Source: a virus. Taken from it: a DNA stretch of 64,000 bases. The stretch spans positions 24,525 through 88,524 of the IMG/VR virus record IMGVR_UViG_3300043640_000137; one strand, 5' to 3'. The position numbers and the translations under genes are program-made. This document shows positions 28,567-37,321 of the stretch, piece by piece; within the stretch, counting starts at the first letter, position 1; every line of letters begins with the position of its first letter. The notes beneath the pieces are model-generated. The model saw only the letters and a program-made list of their open reading frames with translations. It did not search any database and was not told the origin of the DNA.

Positions 28567-30282
28567 TCACCCGCTCCCTTTCGCGCGCCACTTGCCGTTC
28601 CAGAACGTGACGATCGCGCGCTTGCCGTTCTCGTAGGTGAGAATCTGCGAGTGCGACCACGAACTCGGGCCGTGTGTCCAGTCGGGATCGAGCACGCCGC
28701 AAGTGCCGGACGTGAAGACGCCATCGACGATCGAGGCCGAATGCTCGTGACCGCGGTTCATGCGGCGGCCCATGCGAGCGTAGGCCAGCGGGCTACCAGG
28801 GCGGCCGTTGGGGCCGGTGTCGCCGTGCATACCGTTCTCGATGCCGCCGTGATCGTCGGGGCACAGGATGAAGCTCTCGTCTTCTGCGAGGAACTGCGCC
28901 AGCTTCTCGGGCTTCGCGACGCCGATCTCCCGAAGCGCAAGGTAGAGGTAGTTCGGGCTCAGGCCACGGTGGATGCAGTCGTAGACACGAGCCGACATCG
29001 CAAGCCAGAACTCGCAGTTCACCGGGTCTTCGCGGCCGTCTTGCTCCTGAAGCCAGCGAGCGAGATGGTGATGATGGTTGCTATCGACGATGACGCTCTT
29101 GCACCACGGCCGGAAGGCGAGCCGGAGGAACGCTGCGACGTCGGTCACTTCTTTGCGGATGTCCTCGGCGCCTTGGATGTAGCGGCGGAACATCGTGTGC
29201 GGGTTCTTCATCTCGTGATGCGAGCGACCGCGGAAGTGGAGAACGTCGTGGAGGAACTGGTACTCCGGCTTCAACTCATCGAGCATGCCGTTGGCGCCCC
29301 AGGCGATATCGTACGCGCCTTTGTCGCCCTCAGCGACGTGGATGTCGCCCCAGGTGATGCCCTTGACGCGATGGCCGGTCGTGACCTCGCCGTCCTTCAC
29401 CCGCATGTCGTAGGCGTAGATCACGCCTTCGCTGTTCGCGTTGAGTTGGATAGGGAACCAGTCGCCGTCGCTATCGACCTGGACGAGCAGCCCACCGTAG
29501 CAATGATGGAACTCGGCCTTCAGCCCTTCCTTGCGCTGGATGTAGTTGCGCTGCGTGAGGGTGCCGGTGGTGTAGTTGAATTTCGCCGGCTCCCCTCGGG
29601 CCGACGCGATCGACTGCATCTGAATCTTGACGTGAGGGAAGATGCCCGAGCGACGGCCGGTGTAGACTTCGAGCCCGGAGAGCGGTCGTACCGCGGTCGG
29701 CAGGATGTTCATCTCGCCGCACCAGACGAGCCCAGGCGCAAGCTCCTCACGGGTGTCGCAAAGGTACGGCTCGATCCGAGAATCCCACCAGCGGTCCTCG
29801 CTGCCGCCCAGGCGCTCGCGTTTGGTGAACGCCCCTTTGTCACCCTTCGCGCCGAGGCCCAGCTTCATATAAGCGAACCGGGAGACGAGCAGATCGGCGT
29901 CGAGGTAGTCCTTCAGCGCGAGCATGTTCTGCCACAGCTTCTCGTGCAGCTTCGTGTTGTTCTGCGCGCACGTCAGGATGTAGGAGTAGACCTGACCTTC
30001 AGGCGGCGTCTCGAAACCGCCCGGCTGCATGGCGCGAAGCTGACCACCGGGCCGCGGCTTCGATTTCGGTGTCGCATTCGCAACGACATCTTTGTGTTGG
30101 GTCTTCGGCTTCGCACCGACCGACAGAGGCTCCATGAGTCCTTCCGCCACGGCGGCGTGATACACTTTGAGGAAGCTGACCCACGACATGTTGTCGTCGG
30201 TGCCGCGGATCGAGCGCCACGATGCTTTGAGGCTGCCCTTTTCTTTGTAGAGCTTCACGAGCTTCTTCGGTGTCATGGCCAT
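28567..30282 (-). CDS. Large calcineurin-like metallophosphoesterase-fold phage protein
   Basis: 'WGDIH', 'LHD', 'SNH', 'MHGD', 'GHEHS' metal-binding motifs. Confidence 0.7.
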   Translation of the reverse strand: MAMTPKKLVKLYKEKGSLKASWRSIRGTDDNMSWVSFLKVYHAAVAEGLMEPLSVGAKPKTQHKDVVANATPKSKPRPGGQLRAMQPGGFETPPEGQVYSYILTCAQNNTKLHEKLWQNMLALKDYLDADLLVSRFAYMKLGLGAKGDKGAFTKRERLGGSEDRWWDSRIEPYLCDTREELAPGLVWCGEMNILPTAVRPLSGLEVYTGRRSGIFPHVKIQMQSIASARGEPAKFNYTTGTLTQRNYIQRKEGLKAEFHHCYGGLLVQVDSDGDWFPIQLNANSEGVIYAYDMRVKDGEVTTGHRVKGITWGDIHVAEGDKGAYDIAWGANGMLDELKPEYQFLHDVLHFRGRSHHEMKNPHTMFRRYIQGAEDIRKEVTDVAAFLRLAFRPWCKSVIVDSNHHHHLARWLQEQDGREDPVNCEFWLAMSARVYDCIHRGLSPNYLYLALREIGVAKPEKLAQFLAEDESFILCPDDHGGIENGMHGDTGPNGRPGSPLAYARMGRRMNRGHEHSASIVDGVFTSGTCGVLDPDWTHGPSSWSHSQILTYENGKRAIVTFWNGKWRAKGSG

Positions 30283-30539
30283 TGTCGGCGCTCCATAAAA
30301 GCAACAAGAATCTCGCCGTGGCACGCCTTCGGCTTGCACACGCATCCAATCGTTTTGTCGGTGAGAACTTCGCGGGCGCGTTCAACAATCTCCGGGTGAT
30401 CGCGAAGGTGTTGCGCGTAGAGCATGAGACACTTATCCCGGCCGTAGACTTCGACGCGAAACGGATTGCTGAAAATGCTCGGCCGCAAGATCGACACGTC
30501 GTAGCGTTCGCCGCTTCGGATGTTGATCACACGAGTCAT
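30273..30539 (-). CDS. DUF4326 domain protein
   Basis: 'RPSIFSNPF', 'IGCVCKPKACHGEIL'. Confidence 0.8.
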   Translation of the reverse strand: MTRVINIRSGERYDVSILRPSIFSNPFRVEVYGRDKCLMLYAQHLRDHPEIVERAREVLTDKTIGCVCKPKACHGEILVAFMERRQWP

Positions 30540-30707
30540 GGAGTGCCGAGCAAGGTGTAGACGCTCGCCTGCCGGTTCGTTGGCCACAGACAGAAACGGA
30601 GAAAATGATCTGTGTTCGCCCCAATCCTTGGTGCTTCCGTTGACACTCGGCACTCCACTTTCTCAAACGTACAATAGGCCCTGGCAGGAGTCAATGTAGC
30701 TCGATAG

Positions 30708-31181
30708 CTATTTGATAATTCCGGTAAGCTTTTGATAACCGTACAGAGCTATAAGCGCTGCTTCGGCGATGCCGTCCTTGTACCCGCCGCGAGGACCGAT
30801 GAAGTCCTTGGTCTGCTTAGGGAACAGTTCCATGATGCGGATCACGGACGTTGACTTGTCGGCCTTGACCTTCATGGCCGGCTTCCAGACAGACGGCGAA
30901 GCCTCGGTGATTGGCGTGCGCGACGCTTGGAAGATGCCAGTGATGCGGCCCGTGGCGTATCCAAAGTTGAACATGCTCACCGTGCCTTGGTCGGGACGGG
31001 CGCCTACCTTCTCGATGAAGAGATGGTCGGCCGGCAGGATCAGGATATCGAGCAAGTCCATAAGCTCGGGCCACACGACGAACTTGCCGGCCTTCGGGAT
31101 TTCGAGAGTTACAAGCGACGTGCCGTCGTACTTTGCGACGCCACCGCTCTTGCCTGGATCGACACCAACAACGCTAAGCAT
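30708..31181 (-). CDS. RuvC-like Holliday junction resolvase
   Basis: 'GVDPGKSG', 'FIEKV', 'SMFNFG', 'PSVWK', 'DGIAEAALIA'. Confidence 0.9.
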   Translation of the reverse strand: MLSVVGVDPGKSGGVAKYDGTSLVTLEIPKAGKFVVWPELMDLLDILILPADHLFIEKVGARPDQGTVSMFNFGYATGRITGIFQASRTPITEASPSVWKPAMKVKADKSTSVIRIMELFPKQTKDFIGPRGGYKDGIAEAALIALYGYQKLTGIIK

Positions 31182-31199
31182 GGTTCAAGCCTTCCTCGA

Positions 31200-31973
31200 T
31201 TATTGATTGATGGCAGCGAGGTCGTTTAGGTCGAAGGCTGCGGCCTCTTCGTCTTCGATACGTTGCCGCGCAACATCGACATACTTCGACTCTTTTTCGA
31301 TTCCGATGAACCGCCGGCCTTCACGAAAAGCGGCCAATGCCGTTGTTCCCGACCCGATACAACTGTCGAGAATAACGGCGTTACGCTCTGTGTATGTTCG
31401 GATCAGATACCGAAAGAGATCAACCGGCTTTTGAGTCGGATGAAGGCCGACTTGAGAACTGTGCTTCGGGAACAGCAAAATCGACTTCGGGTATTTCAAC
31501 CCGCTAAGGTCATCCGGCGCACGGCCCGAAATCAGCCTCGTCTCGGATACGTTCTTCGTCGATCCGCCCTGCTTATGGTTGGGCCGTCCCGGCGTCATCT
31601 GCGGGTTGTAGGAGCACTGCTTATCGTAAAACACCAGCACGCTTTCATGCTGCTTTAACGGTTGCCGCTTCGCGTTCGCGAAGTTAGTCGGGTTCACTTT
31701 GTCCCAGACCCATTCGTATTTGAACATCTTGGGGTTGGACATGACCAGCGCACTTGTGAACGGCTGGCTCGCCGTTAACACGATTGCCGACCCCGGCTTG
31801 ATAACGCGCTTGTACTGTTCCCACAGCGGCTCGAACTGAACCACCGCGTCCCACGGGCAATACGTAGTTCCGTATGGAAGATCGCAGAGGATCATGTCCA
31901 CGCAAGCGTCGGGAATGCGCCGCATGACGGCAAGGCAGTCGCCTTCGTGGATTTTGTTGATCAAGGCGTCCAT
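31200..31973 (-). CDS. DNA N6-adenine/N4-cytosine methyltransferase (beta class)
   Basis: 'DLPYG', 'HPTQKP', 'LDSCIGSGTT'. Confidence 0.92.
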   Translation of the reverse strand: MDALINKIHEGDCLAVMRRIPDACVDMILCDLPYGTTYCPWDAVVQFEPLWEQYKRVIKPGSAIVLTASQPFTSALVMSNPKMFKYEWVWDKVNPTNFANAKRQPLKQHESVLVFYDKQCSYNPQMTPGRPNHKQGGSTKNVSETRLISGRAPDDLSGLKYPKSILLFPKHSSQVGLHPTQKPVDLFRYLIRTYTERNAVILDSCIGSGTTALAAFREGRRFIGIEKESKYVDVARQRIEDEEAAAFDLNDLAAINQ

Positions 31974-31975
31974 AA

Positions 31976-34900
31976 TCACGCCTTCCGATACCTCTGCCCG
32001 CACCAGCCCTCGACGTTGATGGGGCAGCCGGGCAACCATGCTGGTGTCACCATCATCAAGTCCTCGAACTCTCGCTGCGTGCCGTGGCTCGCTTCGGCTT
32101 CCGAGATCACTTCGTCATGGACGGTGAGCACGATCGGATACTGCGCAACCTCGACGCGGCCCATCGCTTCGGCCAGGATGTCGCGCGAGATCGCCTGCAC
32201 CACGTTCTCCGTGAGCATGCCGCCGTATGTGCGAATGAAATTCCAACGGCCGCCGAGCTTGCTATCCCGGCCCCAATAGCCGATCTGCTTCTTGTTCCAG
32301 GGCTTGCCGTCGCGGCCGAACATCTGAACAGTGTCGAGCCGTGGCTCGCGATACCAGAGCTTGCGGCCGTTCGGCAGCTTGCACGAAAGCCATGTGCCCG
32401 CTGCATCTGTCTCGACCTGATACGTGATGCCGTTGAAGTCGAAGGCTCGGCCGGGATACATGACCGCGCTGACCGCGGCTTCTTCGAGCCCGTACCAAAG
32501 CAGCTTCACTTTCGGGAAGCTCTCGCGATAACCGTTGACGAGAAACTGTGCCTGCTCGTCGGTGAGGATGACCTTGTAGTCTTTCTTCGCCTGCTCTTGC
32601 AGCCGTTGCCAGCCCATCTGGTATCCGCAGTTGCTCGCGCAGAGCGGAAGGCCACCGCCGGGCGATCTAACGAAGAAGCGGTGCCGCGGCCCGCATTCGA
32701 TCAGATCGTACACGTTCACGGGAGCGTCGGTTGAGCACTTGCTGCGATCGCGTCGCCATGCGGACGTTGCCGATTTCGTAATTGCCGTCGTTGTTGACGC
32801 GATCAATTTCGAGAGAAGGGTTGTTCCAGCCGGCAACCATTTGAATGTCGATAAGGAAGTTGCGCCGATCGAGCCAGTCGATGCAGACTTGGATTCCTCG
32901 CGCGCCGTAGTCGATGAAGCCAGGGTTATCGGAGTTGAGGCATCGGGAGAGCATACCGGCGTGGCGAGAAGCCCACATATTGCGGAGAGTGTCGTCAGGC
33001 ATGACGTCGCCGTAGCCTTCGTTCTCTCGTATCCACTTCGCAGTCGCTTTCTTAGCGCACGCATTGCATCGCGTGGTGCGAGCGCTTCGAAGGTTTGAGA
33101 TGTTGACCTGCGTTTCTGAACCGCAAACGCACACGGCGTAGACAGCGGTGATCCCACCGCGCGGGCCTGCTCGGAAGCCGGCAATCGTGAGATCGCCCAA
33201 TCGTGAACCGACTGTTGGTATCTCGCGCTCGCGTTGACGACCGCAGACGCGGGCACCCAATCGTCGGGGGTCATCATCATATGATCCGGCGTAACCCCAA
33301 TCCCCGCTAAGCGGGTTGTCGGTTTCTTTCCTTGGTAATGAGGACCGTCGTGGTTCACCCATTCTTCACCGTCCCATACCTTGTCAGCCGTGGTCACATC
33401 GACGATACGAATCCAACCTCGATCCGTAAGGACTTCGGTGTCGGCCTCGAAGCAGCCGAGGATCGTGATCTTGCCTAGCTGCCGCTCGTTCGGGTCTTTC
33501 TCTTTGTCGATCGGCCGGTTGTAGAGCTTCTGCGCCATGACGCAGTAGATGTCTGGGCCTTCTTTGCGATCCGACTTCAGGAAAGCTTCGAGCGCGTCTT
33601 CCTCCCCGGCGAGCCACATCGTCACGCGCGCCTCGATCGCGCTGAAGTCGGCGACGCGGTAGGTCTTGCCCTTGGCCGCGATGAACATGCCGCGAAGCGC
33701 AGACGCGATTGCGTCCATCGGATCGCCGTAGAACATCGTGAGCAGATCGGCGCTGCGGCACTTGATGGCCGCGATCAGGGGCTCGATGCCCTTCTTGACG
33801 ATCTTCGGGTTGCCACGGGGGAAGTTGTGCGGCTGCACGAGGCGCCCAGCCCAGCGGCCGGTGCCGGCGCCGTGGTACTGCATCATCCCGCGAACACGGC
33901 CGTCCTCGCACATGCAGTCGATCATGCGCTTCAGCTTCTTCGTCGAGCCGCGCGACAACTGCTGGCGGATACGGAGGACGCGCTTGACCTTGGGCCACGC
34001 CTCGTTGTTCTCGCTGTCGTCCAGCGGTGGGCCGCCGTTGTCGCCGATACCGGCGATCTCGTCCTCGTCCTCTTCCGGCTCTTCGTCGAAGTCTTCGTCG
34101 CCCTGGTCGATCGCTTGCTCGACGATATCCTTCGATAAGCTTTCGAGAATCACGCCGTTCTTCGCCGCCCACTCTTTGATCTTCGCGACTTGGTTGCCGG
34201 TCGTAACCTCGCCGCCCGTCAGAGTCATCAACTCGGCGGTGAGTCTCGTCTCGACGTCGTGAATGATGCTGAGCGCGGATTGGACCGCTTCGATATCAAC
34301 GCGAACGCCACGCCAGTTGATCTTTTGGTCGAGTACCCAGATCACGTACTCGGCGTCGTCCATGTCGCCTATCGTTTGGCCGAGAAGGTCTTCCGCCTCG
34401 ACGTCTTGATCGCAGTAGTCCTGAAGCGCCTGGAAGAGCGTACGGTCGTCGCCCCATTCGCTCGGCGTCGGCCCGTTGGCATCCGCCCATAGCGTCGGGA
34501 TCGGCGGCAGGTTGAGGACCGCTTGGTAATGTGCATCCTTCTGCTCTTGCGTTGGCTTGGGCTTCTTCGGCAGCGGGTGAACGCCGTGCTGCTCAGCCCA
34601 CGCGAGGATGTCCGCCTTCAGCGGCTTGCGCGGTTTGCTGAGCTTCTGAAGGAGGTACTTGCCGTGCTTATCTTTCTGGACGTCGAGATCGAGAACGCGG
34701 CCGACTTCATCCAGGCCGAGAGGCAAGGCGCGTTGTGCGCAGCGAGCTTGCGTGTCGTACCAGCGCTTCGGCATCGGAATGCCGAGCTTCTTGTGCAGTT
34801 GGTTCAGCCAGATCGACTGCTCGAACAGCGCGTTGTGCGCCTCGATCGTGCCGCCCTTCTCTACGAAGTCGATGAGTTCTTGGGGGAACGGCAGGCCCGG

Positions 34901-35065
34901 CTTCCACCGGCCACGTTTACCGCCCGGCAGCTTATACGACATCGTTTGGATGTGCGTGGACGGATGCTCGGAATACTTCACGGCGCCGACGTTTTTAAGA
35001 TCAGCCTCACTGCCGGTCTCAAAATCGACGGTGGCGCGATGAGCGCTGAGGAGCCGGTTGCTCAC
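31976..35065 (-). CDS. Family A DNA polymerase (3'-5' exonuclease plus polymerase) with intein
   Basis: Exo 'VDFET' and 'HNALFE'; 'TGRWAG', motif A 'ADFSAIEAR', motif B 'RQLGK...LG|CGYQMG' split by the intein, motif C 'VHDE'. Confidence 0.95.
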   Translation of the reverse strand: MSNRLLSAHRATVDFETGSEADLKNVGAVKYSEHPSTHIQTMSYKLPGGKRGRWKPGLPFPQELIDFVEKGGTIEAHNALFEQSIWLNQLHKKLGIPMPKRWYDTQARCAQRALPLGLDEVGRVLDLDVQKDKHGKYLLQKLSKPRKPLKADILAWAEQHGVHPLPKKPKPTQEQKDAHYQAVLNLPPIPTLWADANGPTPSEWGDDRTLFQALQDYCDQDVEAEDLLGQTIGDMDDAEYVIWVLDQKINWRGVRVDIEAVQSALSIIHDVETRLTAELMTLTGGEVTTGNQVAKIKEWAAKNGVILESLSKDIVEQAIDQGDEDFDEEPEEDEDEIAGIGDNGGPPLDDSENNEAWPKVKRVLRIRQQLSRGSTKKLKRMIDCMCEDGRVRGMMQYHGAGTGRWAGRLVQPHNFPRGNPKIVKKGIEPLIAAIKCRSADLLTMFYGDPMDAIASALRGMFIAAKGKTYRVADFSAIEARVTMWLAGEEDALEAFLKSDRKEGPDIYCVMAQKLYNRPIDKEKDPNERQLGKITILGCFEADTEVLTDRGWIRIVDVTTADKVWDGEEWVNHDGPHYQGKKPTTRLAGIGVTPDHMMMTPDDWVPASAVVNASARYQQSVHDWAISRLPASEQARAVGSPLSTPCAFAVQKRRSTSQTFEALAPRDAMRALRKRLRSGYERTKATATSCLTTLSAICGLLATPVCSPDASTPITLASSTTAREESKSASTGSIGATSLSTFKWLPAGTTLLSKLIASTTTAITKSATSAWRRDRSKCSTDAPVNVYDLIECGPRHRFFVRSPGGGLPLCASNCGYQMGWQRLQEQAKKDYKVILTDEQAQFLVNGYRESFPKVKLLWYGLEEAAVSAVMYPGRAFDFNGITYQVETDAAGTWLSCKLPNGRKLWYREPRLDTVQMFGRDGKPWNKKQIGYWGRDSKLGGRWNFIRTYGGMLTENVVQAISRDILAEAMGRVEVAQYPIVLTVHDEVISEAEASHGTQREFEDLMMVTPAWLPGCPINVEGWCGQRYRKA
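32630..33454 (-). mobile_element. Intein (275 aa) in polymerase motif B
   Basis: Starts CFEADTEVLTDRGW; block B 'VTPDH'; block F 'VYDL'; ends CASN followed by extein Cys. Removing it restores 'ILGCGYQMG'. Confidence 0.92.
32667..33362 (-). CDS. HNH-type homing endonuclease nested out of frame inside the intein
   Basis: 'CVCG..NLRS..T.RCNAC', 'MLSRCLN..YGARGIQVC..W', 'EIDRVNNDGNYEIGNVRMATRSQQVLNRR'. The start codon is uncertain. Confidence 0.85.
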   Translation of the reverse strand: MGEPRRSSLPRKETDNPLSGDWGYAGSYDDDPRRLGARVCGRQREREIPTVGSRLGDLTIAGFRAGPRGGITAVYAVCVCGSETQVNISNLRSARTTRCNACAKKATAKWIRENEGYGDVMPDDTLRNMWASRHAGMLSRCLNSDNPGFIDYGARGIQVCIDWLDRRNFLIDIQMVAGWNNPSLEIDRVNNDGNYEIGNVRMATRSQQVLNRRSRERVRSDRMRAAAPLLR

Positions 35066-35385
35066 GGGTACGCGCCCGATGACATGTTTTCGGCGACGGA
35101 TCGCACGCGGCTCGGATAGTCCTCTTCCTTCAAGTTGAACCCGGTGCCGGCTCTCAGCGAGGCGGTGTCAACCAAGTCCATGTTGAAGTGATCGACTTCG
35201 AGCGAGTCCATCGCGTCGAGCAGATCGTGGCAGAGCTTGTCATAGAACTCATCCGAGACAAGTGACTCGTTCAGGTGATAGTAGGCGTAGCTCGTGACCA
35301 GATACCAAGGCACGAGCATCGACGGCCCGTAGTTGAGCACGGCGACCTCGCACAGGCTCTCGATCTTCTCGCGGTCAATCGCCAT
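35062..35385 (-). CDS. Stand-alone NAD-dependent DNA ligase N-terminal (Ia)-like domain protein
   Basis: 'SYAYYHLNESLVSDEFYDKL' resembles the LigA 'YY..D.P.ISD.EYD.L' motif. Confidence 0.65.
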   Translation of the reverse strand: MAIDREKIESLCEVAVLNYGPSMLVPWYLVTSYAYYHLNESLVSDEFYDKLCHDLLDAMDSLEVDHFNMDLVDTASLRAGTGFNLKEEDYPSRVRSVAENMSSGAYP

Positions 35386-36135
35386 GACGCAGCGCCTTGA
35401 TCGCTTTGCTCACGCCTGCGAGAGCCTTTGCGCGGCGTCGAGCGGCCGTGCGTCGCCGGTCCTCGCGAACACTCATCTCAATGTGTCGGGATCGAAGGCG
35501 GAACCGGAGCGTGTGGACCTTCGTGCAGTCGCAGCAGCAAAAGCGGAACCCCTTGCGTGATGGCTGAAGCCAATAGCCCTCGGGCTTCTCCACGCCGTCT
35601 ACGAACACCACGTACTGCTTTTTACGTGCCATGGTGCGCGCGTCTCCGGGAAAGGAAAAGGTGAGCGGCTAATGGAGTTGCACCACTTAGCCCGGATATA
35701 GGCCACCGCTCGCAGTTTGGGTCTCACCCTTGGGAGGAATAATGAGACCGCCTTCGTTAAATCAGTCGAGATGGATCAGCGTGACTTCCGTCGTCGCGTT
35801 GCAATTCACCGCGTCGTAATGGCCGAAGCTCTTGACGTGAACGACGTGCGGCGTAGTCGTGTCCGGCACGAGGTCAATGTCTGCGAGGATGATGCTACGA
35901 ACTTGCGGCGGGATACCGTTGTCGAGGACGTGAACGCCGTCCTTCTCCGTGAGCAGCGCCGTGTACGCCGCAGCTTTCGAGGAGAAGTATTTGTCGATAT
36001 TCCACGACATGACGATCTCCGGGTTTGGAAAAAAGCGCGGAGGGCTTCGCACCCTGCCTTGCCGACCCTCGTGTCGGTTGCACTTCCTGAGCCTTACGAG
36101 CGCAGGAGCGGGTCTTCTTCCGGTCGAGACCGGAT

Positions 36136-36852
36136 TTAGAACGGGATTTCGTCGTCGAGGCCGGCCATCGGGTTGTGCTCGGACTTGCCGCCCTGCACAC
36201 CGTCGAACCGGCTCATGAGACCGCCGCCGCCACCGCCGATCGGATCGCCGGTACGCACGAGACGGGCCGAGTTGATGTAGAACTTCAGGAACTTGCCCTG
36301 AGCGGTCTTCGTCGCCTTGACCACGATCTCGCCGATGCCGTAGCCACCGCCGCGGAACGCCTGCTTGGCTTTCGCCATATCGACGTCCGAAGCACGGTTC
36401 AGCGTGACCACCTTGCCACCGTCACGCATCGAGAGCAGCGGCGGGTAGTCCTGGTTGGCCGAGACCTTGATGATCTTCATGCCCTTGTAGTGGCTGAAGT
36501 CAGCGACCTTCTTCTTCTCGGCAGCCGCCTTCTCTTTCTTCTCGGCGAGTTGATCGCCGTCGATGATCGGCCAGTTGAGTTCGCTGGCAGCGACCGCTTC
36601 TTTGACGTTGATGTCGGGCCATTCCTCTTTCGCGACTGCGACGAGCATAAGCGCGAGGGAGACCTCGACGAGATTGCCGTTCTGATCTTCCAGGAATTTG
36701 CCGATCATGTCGGGCTTCAGGATAAGCTCCGACGAGAAGGTAGGATCGCCCTTGGCCTTGCCATTCTCTTCGTAGGCTTTGGCCGTAACGAGGGAGTTCG
36801 AGTAACAGAACCGAACCTCCGGGGTAAGCAAGCGTCGTGATGCACCAGCCAT
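36136..36852 (-). CDS. Single-stranded DNA-binding protein (DUF2815 / T7 gp2.5-like)
   Basis: 'TPEVRFCY', 'PIIDGD', acidic tail 'DDEIPF'; lies between DUF2800 and the polymerase. Confidence 0.8.
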   Translation of the reverse strand: MAGASRRLLTPEVRFCYSNSLVTAKAYEENGKAKGDPTFSSELILKPDMIGKFLEDQNGNLVEVSLALMLVAVAKEEWPDINVKEAVAASELNWPIIDGDQLAEKKEKAAAEKKKVADFSHYKGMKIIKVSANQDYPPLLSMRDGGKVVTLNRASDVDMAKAKQAFRGGGYGIGEIVVKATKTAQGKFLKFYINSARLVRTGDPIGGGGGGLMSRFDGVQGGKSEHNPMAGLDDEIPF

Positions 36853-37321
36853 GTCAGTTCTCCAAGGTCATTAAGTTGAAAAAGCCAAATGAGTAAATTC
36901 AGCTTGTCCAGATTTCTATGCTAGTTTCCCCGACTGGTCAAGCTATTTTAAGTAGCTTGGAAGGGTTAATTTTTGGGGCGGCTCTTGACCAGCTTGCGGT
37001 GGTACTGCCGGGCCTCGTACCAGCGGCGCACCCACACGGGACGCGTGCCCGAGCCCGAGACGTTGATCCACATGAAGGGACGCTGGCGACAGACCATGAT
37101 CAGCAGAGCGGCTTACGGCAGATCGGGCAGTGTCGTGTCTCCGGGCACCAGTAGCAGGCGCCGCCGAAGGCGTGCCTCACCCTCTGCCACCAACTGAATG
37201 ATCGCATCGTTCGTCTCCACATCTAAACCGGCGTCTTCGAGTAGACCGAGAACCGTTTCTTCCAATGTGCTTGGCGCGTTGTCGGGTTCGTTCGGTCCTG
37301 CGTCATCAAAACGACGAGCAG

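Noticed and set aside
28651-30399. Long antisense ORFs (e.g. 28651-30399 +, 3433-4860 -, 44457-45557 +)
   Set aside because: These are shadow frames of GC-rich genes on the opposite strand with no recognisable motifs.
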